Shown: positions 23,674-32,614 of the stretch, in pieces | Layout of the letters: each line of letters opens with the position of its first letter | How positions within the stretch are numbered: the stretch's first letter is position 1 | From: Actinomycetota bacterium | Lineage (GTDB): Bacteria; Actinomycetota; Acidimicrobiia; IMCC26256; JACDBD01 | Length of the DNA: 64,000 nucleotides | Direction of reading: 5' to 3' | NCBI GenBank assembly: GCA_052390575.1 | Contig: JBQTGU010000018.1 | Location: forward strand, 34,125 to 98,124 | Notes under the pieces: model-generated | The model's database searches: none | What the model was told of the DNA's origin: nothing | What the model saw: the letters and a program-made list of their open reading frames with translations, nothing else | Position numbers and translations under genes: made by a program

Positions 23674-25419
23674 CTAGGAACCCGGAGTCGGCGCCTTGGC
23701 GATCTCGGCGAGGAACTCGTCGTTGCTCTTGGTGGTGCGGATCTTGTCCATGAGCAGCTCGAGGCCCTTGCCGTCCTCCAGGGCGTTGAGCACCCGGCGC
23801 AGCTTCCACACCTGCTGGAGCTGGTTGCGGTCGAACAGCAGCTCCTCGTGGCGGGTACTCGACCCCTCGACATCGATCGACGGGTAGATCCGCCGCTCCG
23901 AGAGGCGCCGGTCGAGGCGCAGCTCCATGTTGCCGGTGCCCTTGAACTCCTCGAAGATCACCTCGTCCATACGGCTGCCGGTCTCGATGAGGGCGGTGGC
24001 GATGATGGTCAACGATCCGCCTTCCTCGATATTCCGCGCCGCGCCGAAGAATCGCTTGGGTGGGTAGAGGGCGGTCGAGTCGACACCACCGGAGAGGATG
24101 CGGCCCGACGCCGGCGCCGACAGGTTGTACGCCCGGGCCAGGCGGGTGATGCCGTCGAGCACGATCACGACGTCCTTGCCCATCTCGACGAGCCGCTTGG
24201 CCCGCTCGATGGTGAGCTCGGCCACCTGGGTGTGCTCCTCGGACGGGCGGTCGAACGTGCTCGCCACCACTTCGCCGTTGATGACGTGGCGGCGCATGTC
24301 GGTGACCTCCTCGGGCCGCTCGTCGACGAGCAGCACCATGAGGTGCACCTCAGGGTTGTTGCGCTCGACCGAGTAGACGAGCTGCTTGAGGATGGTGGTC
24401 TTGCCCGCCTTGGGCGGCGACACGACCAGGCCGCGCTGGCCCTTCCCGATGGGCGAGATGAGATCGACGATGCGCCCGGTCATGTTGAGCGGGTCGTCGT
24501 CGAGCTCGAGGCGCAGCTGGGAGTCGGGGAACAGCGGCGTGAGATCCTCGAAGCGGGGACGGGCGCGCGCCTCGTCGGGGCTCATGTCGTTGATCTCGTC
24601 GACGCGCAGGAGCGCGGGGTACTTCTCGGTGCGGGCGGCGGGCCGGGTCATGCCCTTCACGTAGTCGCCCTTGCGGAGCGAGAACCGCTTCACCTGCGAG
24701 GCCGAGACGTACACGTCCTTGCTCCCGGCCAGGTAGCCGGTCGCCCGCAGGAAGCCGTAGCCCTCGTCGCGCAGGTCGAGCAGCCCCTCGGTGGGCTCGG
24801 GCTCGCCCTGGGGCTCGGCGTCTTCGCCCTGGCGGTCGCGGCCCCGGCGGCGGCGGCGGCGGCGGTTGCCCTCGCCGTAGCTCTGGCGCTCGTCCTCTCC
24901 GTCGACCTTGGGCCCGTCAGTCTTGGGCTGGTCGACCTTCGGCTCGTTGGTACGGGTCCGGGTGGCGGTGGCGGTGCCGCCGCCCGATGACCCGCCCTCG
25001 TCCGAGCCGCCGCCCTCACGGGACGAACCGGCTTCGCCCGAGCGGGCCCGGGGGCGCGGCGCGGCCGCGGGCGCGTCGTTCGCGGAGTCGGCGTTGTCGG
25101 AGTCGGCGCCGTCGGTGACGGATGCGAGCGCGTCCTCCTCGGCGGCGAGCGCCGCGATCGGGTCGGCGTCGACCTCACTGGCGCGCGCGGACCGGACCCG
25201 GCGGGGTTTGTCGGTCGAGGTGGTGGCGTCGTCATTCTCGGACGCGCCGGCATCGCCCGAGTCGCCGTTGGCGGCGTCGAGGATGGCGTCGATGAGGTCC
25301 GCCTTCTTCATGCGGGTGGCGGCGCGCACGCCCATCGCACCCGCGATCTCGTGGAGCTGCTCGCGATCCTTGCCGTCGAGCACGGACCGCTCGAGCTCCT
25401 GTTGCTGTTCCTCCGCCAT
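23674..25419 (-). CDS. rho: Transcription termination factor Rho (with the actinobacterial Arg/Asp/Gly-rich N-terminal insertion)
   Basis: N-terminal [26 protein letters not shown], the CSD-like [10 protein letters not shown], and the ATPase core [13 protein letters not shown]...[10 protein letters not shown]. Confidence 0.95.
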   Translation of the reverse strand: MAEEQQQELERSVLDGKDREQLHEIAGAMGVRAATRMKKADLIDAILDAANGDSGDAGASENDDATTSTDKPRRVRSARASEVDADPIAALAAEEDALASVTDGADSDNADSANDAPAAAPRPRARSGEAGSSREGGGSDEGGSSGGGTATATRTRTNEPKVDQPKTDGPKVDGEDERQSYGEGNRRRRRRRGRDRQGEDAEPQGEPEPTEGLLDLRDEGYGFLRATGYLAGSKDVYVSASQVKRFSLRKGDYVKGMTRPAARTEKYPALLRVDEINDMSPDEARARPRFEDLTPLFPDSQLRLELDDDPLNMTGRIVDLISPIGKGQRGLVVSPPKAGKTTILKQLVYSVERNNPEVHLMVLLVDERPEEVTDMRRHVINGEVVASTFDRPSEEHTQVAELTIERAKRLVEMGKDVVIVLDGITRLARAYNLSAPASGRILSGGVDSTALYPPKRFFGAARNIEEGGSLTIIATALIETGSRMDEVIFEEFKGTGNMELRLDRRLSERRIYPSIDVEGSSTRHEELLFDRNQLQQVWKLRRVLNALEDGKGLELLMDKIRTTKSNDEFLAEIAKAPTPGS

Positions 25420-25432
25420 TTGGAGGCTCTCC

Positions 25433-26401
25433 TTATTGGGTCGGGGAAGTGGTCGGGGTCAATTGGGAAGTGGAAGAAGTGGACGTGACGGAGGACGGCA
25501 CCGCCCGGGTGGCCTCGGTCGCCACCAGCTCGATGACCTGCGAGAGGGTGGCGTCGAGGTTGTAGGACGGGATGATCGGCATGCCGTGCTCCATGGCCAG
25601 CGACTTCACGTAGCGCTGGATCTTGCGGATGGTGTCGAAGTGGTCGAGATACCGGTCGGAGACTCGCCCCCGTGATTCGTGGGCCCGCAGGATGAAGTGC
25701 GAGCGGTGCAGCTCCTCGTCGTCGACCGTGACCACGAAGGGGACCACGACCGCACCCTCGAACTGGGAAAGGTCGAGGAATCCCGGGGCGATGTGGGCGC
25801 CCTCGAGGATCAGGTCGGTACCCTCCATGATGGCACGCCGGACGAGGGCGCGTACGCCAACCATGACCGCGGCCGACTGCTCGCGGAAACCGATGATCAC
25901 CGGGTCGGCGCTGCGGGGCAGCGGGTTGCGGCTGGCGAGCCGCTCGGCCTCGAACGACGAGGTGTGCAGGGTGGGCAGCATCTCGTCGCTGAACATCGCC
26001 CGCATGACCTCACGGATGGCGTCGGTCGGGATGATGCGGGTCAACCCGAGCCGCGCCGCCAGCTGGGTGGCGATCGTCGACTTGCCCACGCCGGTGGCGC
26101 CACCGATGAGGATGACCAGGGGACGATCGAGCTCGTTCGCGACCTGCCACTTGGTGAACGACTCGGCGTAGCGCTCCCCCACCTCGTCGACCAGCACCTC
26201 GTGGGCGACGTCGATCAGCTCGGCCCGGGTGAGCGAGAGGACGCCGGCCTCGTGCAGCCGCTCCTCGACCTGCTCGGCGACGTGGAAGGCGCGCGCCGGC
26301 GCGAGTCCGGTGGCCATGATCGAGGCGGCCATCAGCCCCTTCGAGTACGGGAGCTGATGCTCTTCGCCCGAGATGACGATGTGTCGCGCTTGCTGCTTCA
26401 T
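25433..26401 (-). CDS. 2-phosphoglycerate kinase-like P-loop kinase
   Basis: Trimmed to the ATG at 26401 (ATGA overlap with the upstream gene). N-terminus MKQQARHIVISGEEHQLPYSKGLMA, then LILIGGATGVGKSTIATQLAARLGLTRIIPTDAIREVMR, as in archaeal 2PGK. Ser/Thr-rich tail. Confidence 0.7.
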   Translation of the reverse strand: MKQQARHIVISGEEHQLPYSKGLMAASIMATGLAPARAFHVAEQVEERLHEAGVLSLTRAELIDVAHEVLVDEVGERYAESFTKWQVANELDRPLVILIGGATGVGKSTIATQLAARLGLTRIIPTDAIREVMRAMFSDEMLPTLHTSSFEAERLASRNPLPRSADPVIIGFREQSAAVMVGVRALVRRAIMEGTDLILEGAHIAPGFLDLSQFEGAVVVPFVVTVDDEELHRSHFILRAHESRGRVSDRYLDHFDTIRKIQRYVKSLAMEHGMPIIPSYNLDATLSQVIELVATEATRAVPSSVTSTSSTSQLTPTTSPTQ

Positions 26402-27780
26402 GGTCGTGGGGCTGCTCCGAACCGCTTGGTCGCGAGCTCGGCCACCGCCGTCACGGCGGCGTCGAACTCGTCGGTGCCGGTGTCCGCCGAGACGGGCTCC
26501 GGCCGGTTGTCGCAGTAGATGACCTCCATGCCCCGCTCGAGCGCCGCCCGGGTGGCGACGTCGACCGCGGCTGCCTTCAATTCCGTCACGAGCACCTCGA
26601 CGCCCTCGGGGAGCCGGGCCAGGTCCTCGACGAGCCGGGCTCGGTCGGCGAGGTTGCTGGTCCAGCCCACGACGGTGGCGTGGTGCTGCGACCCCAGATG
26701 GGCCGCCGACCGGGCCGCAACCGGCTCGGGGGCGGTGGTGGCAAAGAAGATGGACCGCTGCGCAATCGAGGCGAGAGGCCAGGGTCGCAGGACGGTGCGG
26801 ACGACCGGGGTGTCCGGGATGATGCTCCGGATGCGGTCTTCCAGCCGTTCGGGCGGGATGGCACCCCGACTCGAGCCGGGCGGTGCAACTTCCGAAAGTG
26901 TAACGACGACCGCATCGCTCAGCAAAAGGGGGTAGGGCCCGAGGTAGCCGGTGGCGACCTCGGGATCGGCGGTCGCGGGCACGACGCAGATGGTGGCGTC
27001 GGCGTGGACCGGTGGGATGGCCGCCCCCGAGCCCTCGAGCACGAGGAGCGCCTCGGGGCGCGCGTTCGCGAGCGCGACCCCGTCGGCGAACGTGCTCGAG
27101 ACCGGCGCGCCCGCCAGCCCGCCCCCGCACCGGCGGGTGCCGACGGTGGTGACGCCGGCGGTGAGCGCGTCCTCGAGGTGGTCGCTGGCGGCGTGGCGGC
27201 CGGCGTCGGCCCGCCGGACGAGCGCCCCCGGAGACAGGTCGGTGTTGGTGGGGTCGACCAGCTCGGGCTCCGACGGTCCGCCCCGACCCATCGCCACGAT
27301 GACCGGGGCGAGCCCGCGAGCGGCGAACGCCCGCGCCGCCGCCGCCGCGACTGCGGTCTTGCCGGTGCGCTTCCCGGTCCCGATGATCGCCACGCTCGGC
27401 TTCGTGGCCAGGTGCGGACGAGGCGGCGGGTCGAAGCGGAAGTCGGCGCCGCGGTAGGGGACGTCATGATGCAGCGCGTGCGCGGCCAGCAGCATGCGGG
27501 TGCGGGCATCGACCACGGGCTCGTCGGAGAGGTCGACCACCTCGTCGGGATCGAAGCGCTCGAGGCCCGCGAGCAGCGCGGCGAGCGGGGTCGCGCCGGT
27601 GACGACCGCGTCGGCCGCGAGGCCGTAGTCGGGAATCTCGTCGATCCGCAGCTTCTCGCTCCCGCCCAGCAGGGCGGCGCCGACGACGTCGCTCCCGGCG
27701 GCGCGCAGCTCGGCGAGGGCGGCGCGGACGACCGGCGGGTAGTGCTCGCCGTCGACGAGCACGAGCGTGCGTAGGTTCAA
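26398..27780 (-). CDS. cpgS: Cyclic 2,3-diphosphoglycerate synthetase-like protein
   Basis: 460 aa. N-terminus LVLVDGEHYPPVV and P-loop AIIGTGKRTGKTAVAAA. I recognise the length and architecture as the archaeal cDPG synthetase family. It lies next to a 2PGK-like gene. Confidence 0.65.
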   Translation of the reverse strand: MNLRTLVLVDGEHYPPVVRAALAELRAAGSDVVGAALLGGSEKLRIDEIPDYGLAADAVVTGATPLAALLAGLERFDPDEVVDLSDEPVVDARTRMLLAAHALHHDVPYRGADFRFDPPPRPHLATKPSVAIIGTGKRTGKTAVAAAAARAFAARGLAPVIVAMGRGGPSEPELVDPTNTDLSPGALVRRADAGRHAASDHLEDALTAGVTTVGTRRCGGGLAGAPVSSTFADGVALANARPEALLVLEGSGAAIPPVHADATICVVPATADPEVATGYLGPYPLLLSDAVVVTLSEVAPPGSSRGAIPPERLEDRIRSIIPDTPVVRTVLRPWPLASIAQRSIFFATTAPEPVAARSAAHLGSQHHATVVGWTSNLADRARLVEDLARLPEGVEVLVTELKAAAVDVATRAALERGMEVIYCDNRPEPVSADTGTDEFDAAVTAVAELATKRFGAAPRP

Positions 27781-27792
27781 GATCCGCTCCCG

Positions 27793-28962
27793 CTATGACG
27801 CGAGCAGGCGCTCCATCAGGGTGTGCGCGACCACCGGGTCGCCCCCGGCGACGCCGCGTTCGGTGTACTCGCCCCCCGGGCCGGGCGCGGTGGAGTCGAA
27901 GAGGAGGTACGGCACCGGGTCGGAGGTGTGCGTCTTCAACACACACGGCGTGGCGTGGTCGGGCATGACCAGCAGCCGCCACGGCTCGTCGCCGAGCGCT
28001 TCGGCGAGCGGGCCGATGATGTCGGTGTCCCAGCGCTCCAGCGCGGCGACCTTCTCGGCCACGTCGCCCTGGTGCCCGGCCTCGTCGGTGGCCTCCACAT
28101 GAAGAAGGAAGAAGGCGCGGTCGGCGAGTGATCGGAGGCAGGCATCGCGCTGGGCGACGTAGTCGTTGTCGAAGCCCGCGGTCGCGCCGGGGACGTCGAC
28201 GACGTCGAGGCCGGTGAGCACGCCGAGGCCCCGGACCAGGTCGACGGCCGAGCTCAACCGGCCCTCGATGCCGTACTTGTCGACGAAGGCGGGCATCGAC
28301 GGGCGCACGCCCTGGCCCCACAGCCAGATCTGGGTCGCGGACGCGCCAACCTCGCCGGCCGCGGCCCGGACGATCTCCTTGGACGCATCCATCAGGGCGG
28401 TCAGCTTGGGCGCCACCGGACCGGTGGGCATGACCGCGGCCCGGCCGGTGAGGTCGTGGGGCGGGACGCACTCGGCGTCTCCGAGGTCGGCCGGCACGAC
28501 GCAGAGGTGGCGGTACTCGACCCCGGCGTGGAAGCGCACGCCGTCGCGCCCGCCGCCGAGCGCCTCGTCGAGGGCGGCGATAACCGGGTGACTCTGCTCG
28601 CTCGTGAGGTGACCGGCGGCGAAGTCGACCATGGTCGGCGGGTCGGTGGAGTCGTCGATGGTGACGAGGTTGCAGCGGAACGCCACCTCGTCGGGCGCGA
28701 GCTCGACCCCCATCGCCGCCGCCTCGATCGGCGCCCGACCGGTGTGGAACACGGTGGGGTCGTAGCCGAGGATGGCCATGTTGCCGACGTCGCTGCCCGG
28801 GGCGAGGCCGTCGGGGATCACCGCCGCCCGTCCCACTTCGGCGCGGGCGGCCAGGCGGGCCAGCGCCGGCATCGCCGCCGCCTCGAGCGGCGTCCGGTCG
28901 TCGAGCTCTTGAAGCGGCTCGTCCGCGCAGCCGTCGGGGACGAGCACCACGTACTTCATCAC
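27793..28962 (-). CDS. apgM: Cofactor-independent phosphoglycerate mutase, archaeal type (ApgM family; the family also contains proposed homoserine kinases)
   Basis: MMKYVVLVPDGCADEP..., GSDVGNMAILGYDP, HVEATDEAGHQGD and LLVMPDHATP are metalloenzyme-superfamily motifs. Confidence 0.75.
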   Translation of the reverse strand: MMKYVVLVPDGCADEPLQELDDRTPLEAAAMPALARLAARAEVGRAAVIPDGLAPGSDVGNMAILGYDPTVFHTGRAPIEAAAMGVELAPDEVAFRCNLVTIDDSTDPPTMVDFAAGHLTSEQSHPVIAALDEALGGGRDGVRFHAGVEYRHLCVVPADLGDAECVPPHDLTGRAAVMPTGPVAPKLTALMDASKEIVRAAAGEVGASATQIWLWGQGVRPSMPAFVDKYGIEGRLSSAVDLVRGLGVLTGLDVVDVPGATAGFDNDYVAQRDACLRSLADRAFFLLHVEATDEAGHQGDVAEKVAALERWDTDIIGPLAEALGDEPWRLLVMPDHATPCVLKTHTSDPVPYLLFDSTAPGPGGEYTERGVAGGDPVVAHTLMERLLAS

Positions 28963-29015
28963 GAAGATGGTACGCCGCGGGTTGGGGACGTCCCCCCGCC
29001 GGTAGCCTGCGCTGC

Positions 29016-30233
29016 ATGCGCCGAGCGCTCATCGTCCTGGCCTGCGTCGTGATGTTCGCGGTGGCATGCGACGGTGGGGACGACGACTCGTCGAAGCCGA
29101 AGTCGCAACCGGCCACGACGACGACACCCGCGACCACCGAGGCGCCCTCCACCGCGCCCGCCGACCTCAACGCCGCGGCGGTGACGCTCACGCCCGTCGC
29201 CCAGGTCGAGGCGCCCACCGCGATGGCGGTGCGCCGCGACCACCCCGCGCTCTATGTCGCCGAGCAGGTCGGGCGGGTGCGGGTAGTCAATGACGGCGTC
29301 CTCCGCGAGGACCCGACCCTCGACATCACCGACCGCACGCAGAGCGGCGGCGAGCAAGGGTTGCTCGGCATCGCGTTCTCGCCCGACGGCACGAAGCTCT
29401 ACGTGCACTACAGCGACGCCACCAACAACGGTGACAACCAGGTCGACGAGTACACGATGGAGGGGGACACCGCCGACCCCGCATCGCGGCGGCCGATCAT
29501 CACGATCGAGACGCTCCAGGCCAACCACAACGGCGGCCAGCTCGCGTCCGGGCCCGACGACTTCCTGTACATCGGGCTCGGAGACGGGGGCGGCGCCGCT
29601 GACGAGGGCGCCGGCCACGCCGAGGGCGGCAACGGCCAGTCCCTCGACACGCTCCTGGGCAAGATCCTGCGTATCGACCCCAACCCGTCCGGCGACCAGC
29701 CCTACACGATCCCGGCCGACAACCCGTTCGCGAGCGGCGGTGGCCGGCCCGAGATCTGGGCCTACGGCCTGCGTAACCCGTGGCGGTTCTCGTTCGACCG
29801 CGAGACCGGCGACCTCTGGATCGGCGACGTGGGCCAGAACGCGTATGAAGAGGTCGACTTCATGCCCGCGGGCGAGGGTGCGGGCGCCAACTACGGCTGG
29901 GCCCGCTACGAGGGCAACCACCCGTTCAGCGGTGACGAGATCCCGGACACGGTCCCCGCCATCTTCGAGTACGCGAACCCCGACCAGGGATGCTCCGTCA
30001 CGGGCGGCTTCGTGTACCGCGGCACCCGCATCCCGAACCTCGTCGGGGCGTACGTCTTCGCCGACTACTGCCAGGGTGACGTCCGGGCGCTGCGCCAGGA
30101 GAACGGCGAGGTTGCAGTCGAGCGGTTCCTCGACGTGAACGCGGCCAACATCGCCGCCTTCGGCCAGGACAACGACGGCGAGCTGTACGTCCTCTCCCAG
30201 GGCGACGGAGTCCTCCGCATCGATCCGGCCTGA
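29016..30233 (+). CDS. PQQ-dependent sugar dehydrogenase (soluble glucose/sorbosone dehydrogenase family), lipoprotein
   Basis: Lipobox MFAVAC, then GEQGLLGIAFSPD, HNGGQLASGPDDFLYIGLGDGG and YGLRNPWRFSFD. Confidence 0.85.
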   Translation: MRRALIVLACVVMFAVACDGGDDDSSKPKSQPATTTTPATTEAPSTAPADLNAAAVTLTPVAQVEAPTAMAVRRDHPALYVAEQVGRVRVVNDGVLREDPTLDITDRTQSGGEQGLLGIAFSPDGTKLYVHYSDATNNGDNQVDEYTMEGDTADPASRRPIITIETLQANHNGGQLASGPDDFLYIGLGDGGGAADEGAGHAEGGNGQSLDTLLGKILRIDPNPSGDQPYTIPADNPFASGGGRPEIWAYGLRNPWRFSFDRETGDLWIGDVGQNAYEEVDFMPAGEGAGANYGWARYEGNHPFSGDEIPDTVPAIFEYANPDQGCSVTGGFVYRGTRIPNLVGAYVFADYCQGDVRALRQENGEVAVERFLDVNAANIAAFGQDNDGELYVLSQGDGVLRIDPA

Positions 30234-30297
30234 CCACGCCCGGCGCCGGGAAGGGGGATCGTGGCCCCCTGGCGTTCGCCCTCTAGCATGGTGCCCG

Positions 30298-31959
30298 ATG
30301 AGACGCCGACGTCGCACACCCGCAGTCGCCCCTGCCCCCGAGACCTCCCCCGAGACCTCCGGGGCGCCGACCGGCGAGGCCGACGCGGCCGACGAAGGGC
30401 AGCTCGAGGCGCCGCGGCCGCCGCTGCGCGCGGCCGAGCTGCACTACGACGAGGGCGTCGAGCTCCTGAAGGCGGCCGTGGAGGGGGTGCGCCACCACGC
30501 GCCCCGGCCAGTCGAGTTGCCGGTGCGACCGGACGCCAAGCGGCGGGGGCCGCGCAACGGGAAGCGGCCGGGGAACGGACGCGGGCGCGACCCGTTCGCC
30601 GAGCCGTTCGCCGAGCCTTTCGTCGAGCAGCCGGACGCCGAGCAGCCGGACGCCGAGGAGATCGAGGAGATCGAAGCGATCGAGGACCTCGACAGCGAGC
30701 CCGCCGACGTCCGGCGCCGTCGCCGCGGCGCCCGGCACCGCCACGGCACCACGATCAGGCGGGGGACGGATCCCTACGCCGGCGAGCTCGACCTCGCCGG
30801 CAACGGCGAACAAGACCTCGCCGGCAACGGCGAGCACGCCCAGACGCTCGAGCGGTCCGACGCCGATGACGTCGGCGCCGACACCAGCCCGACCGTGGAG
30901 CCGGCGGCGCCGGGAGCTTTCGAGGAGGGCGAGCTGAGCACCGGGCTCGACCACGCGCTGGTGACGGCCGCGGACGCGGCGACGATCCCACGCGAAGAGC
31001 GACCGCCGCTCCTCGCTCGTCGACACGCACGGACACTCGTTGCCGCGGGCACAGCGTTGGCGCTCGTGGTCGCGGGCATCCTGGCGGTCGCGGCAGTGAG
31101 CGATCGCGGCGGCGACAAGTCGACGCCGGCAGGCGGCGCCCCCTCCGAGCCCGTCCGCTTCGTGTTCGACGAGGTTCCGGTCGCCCCGGGCGCGACCGTC
31201 GAGCGGGGGTGGGCCCTACGCGGACCGGACGGCTCGCGCTTCGACGGGACGCTCACGTTCTCCAACTCGACCGGAACCCCCGTCGCCGTCAGTCACACCG
31301 AGGTGATCCCGAAGGCGCTGGCGTCGTCGGTCGACGACATCGAGTTCGAGCCCGCTCCGGTCGTGGTCGAGGCCGACCCCGTCGTTCGTTTCGACGTCAC
31401 GGTCCCCGCCAACGGCACCGCCGAGGCGTCCTACCGCATCGAGGTGGCGCCCCTCGGGGCGGACCGCTCCCGCCTCGAGGAATGGGCCGATGCGCTCGAG
31501 ACCGAGCTCGCATCCCGGGCGGCAGCCGCGGCCACGACCACCACGACCACGACCGCGCCCCCCCAGACGACGCCGACCACCAGCGCCGCGCCACCTCCGA
31601 AGGGCGGCGCCGCACCCGGACCTCCGGCGCCCGCCGCGCGCGGCACGATCATCATCGCCGCGACGTCAGGTGGAGGAACGGGTACGTTCGGGTTCAGCGG
31701 TCCCGGCGGGAACCTGTCGGTGACGACGTCCGGTTCCCCGAACGGTTCGGGACAGGCGGGTGCGATGGCCGTGTCCCCGGGCACCTACTCATGGACCGAG
31801 GTCTCGCAGTCAGCTGGCTGGGTCTTCCACAGCATTCACTGCACCGACATGGAGGCGGCTCCCTTCGAGCACCGTTCCACGATTTCGGGCGCGACGGCCA
31901 CGATCAACGTTCAGCCCGGTGAGACCGTCGTCTGCACGTGGGCGAGTGAGCCCGCCTGA
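30298..31959 (+). CDS. Hypothetical single-pass membrane protein with a repeat-rich charged N-terminus and an extracytoplasmic beta-sandwich-like C-terminus
   Basis: TM helix TLVAAGTALALVVAGILAVAAV and Thr/Pro linker TTTTTTTAPPQTTPTTSAAPPP. The C-terminus PGTYSWTEVSQSAGWVFHSIHC...GETVVCTW resembles Cna-B/SdrD-B-type domains. The start is uncertain. Confidence 0.55.
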   Translation: MRRRRRTPAVAPAPETSPETSGAPTGEADAADEGQLEAPRPPLRAAELHYDEGVELLKAAVEGVRHHAPRPVELPVRPDAKRRGPRNGKRPGNGRGRDPFAEPFAEPFVEQPDAEQPDAEEIEEIEAIEDLDSEPADVRRRRRGARHRHGTTIRRGTDPYAGELDLAGNGEQDLAGNGEHAQTLERSDADDVGADTSPTVEPAAPGAFEEGELSTGLDHALVTAADAATIPREERPPLLARRHARTLVAAGTALALVVAGILAVAAVSDRGGDKSTPAGGAPSEPVRFVFDEVPVAPGATVERGWALRGPDGSRFDGTLTFSNSTGTPVAVSHTEVIPKALASSVDDIEFEPAPVVVEADPVVRFDVTVPANGTAEASYRIEVAPLGADRSRLEEWADALETELASRAAAAATTTTTTTAPPQTTPTTSAAPPPKGGAAPGPPAPAARGTIIIAATSGGGTGTFGFSGPGGNLSVTTSGSPNGSGQAGAMAVSPGTYSWTEVSQSAGWVFHSIHCTDMEAAPFEHRSTISGATATINVQPGETVVCTWASEPA

Positions 31960-31983
31960 CCACGTGCAGCCCGACGACCCTGC

Positions 31984-32577
31984 CTAGGATCCCCCCTCGC
32001 CCCAGGCCAGGTTCACGAACCGGGTGAGGAGGGCATCGAGCAGGTCGGCGGTCGCGTCGTAGCCCTCGGGCGGTCCGCCCGTCGGGTCGCGAACGTCGTC
32101 GTCAGGCGACGAGCCCAGCAGGTCCGCTCGTCGTCTGCCCGCGTGCACCCGTGCGACCCACTGCGCGAGCGGCTCCTCGCTCCGTCGTGCGCCCACGGCC
32201 GAAGCCCGGCGCACCAGCTCCTTGATCGTGAACGTGCGCGGCCACGCGTCCGGGTCGAGCACGACGACCTCACGGACGTGCGCCCGCTCCAGGCCGAGGA
32301 CGAGATCGGCGCCACGGACCACGCCTTTCTCCAACTGCCGGCTGAGCCGCTCCGCGGCGCGGAGTCCCCGATCCTCGAGCGCCCGCCGCGCGTCCGCCAG
32401 GGACGGCCGGCCCGCTTCGAGCAGACCGGCAGAGGTCACCGTGGCCGGGACGCCGCGCTGGTCGAGCCGGTGCCGCAGCACGGCTTCCGCCATGGGGGAA
32501 CGGCAGAGGTTCGCCGTGCAGACGATCAGTACTCGGGGAGCACGAGCCGCGACGGCACCATGAGGCGGTACCGGCAT
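31984..32577 (-). CDS. Low-molecular-weight protein tyrosine phosphatase
   Basis: Trimmed to the ATG at 32577. Catalytic loop VLIVCTANLCRSPMAE (C-x5-R-S) and a DP loop, VRDPTGG. Confidence 0.85.
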   Translation of the reverse strand: MPVPPHGAVAARAPRVLIVCTANLCRSPMAEAVLRHRLDQRGVPATVTSAGLLEAGRPSLADARRALEDRGLRAAERLSRQLEKGVVRGADLVLGLERAHVREVVVLDPDAWPRTFTIKELVRRASAVGARRSEEPLAQWVARVHAGRRRADLLGSSPDDDVRDPTGGPPEGYDATADLLDALLTRFVNLAWGEGGS

Positions 32578-32614
32578 TCGGTCAGCGGCCGCCGCGCCCT
32601 CGGCGCGGCCCAAC

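Noticed and set aside
24690-25300. Arg/Asp/Gly/Ser-rich insertion in the N-terminal part of Rho as a possible novelty.
   Set aside because: Large hydrophilic N-terminal insertions in Rho are a known feature of Actinobacteria, so this is not unusual here.
30590-30700. Short tandem nucleotide repeats (GCCGAGCCGTTC x2, GAGCAGCCGGACGCC x2, GAGATCGAG variants) as a CRISPR-like or regulatory array.
   Set aside because: The repeats are contiguous with no spacers, in-frame, and encode acidic peptide repeats within a CDS.
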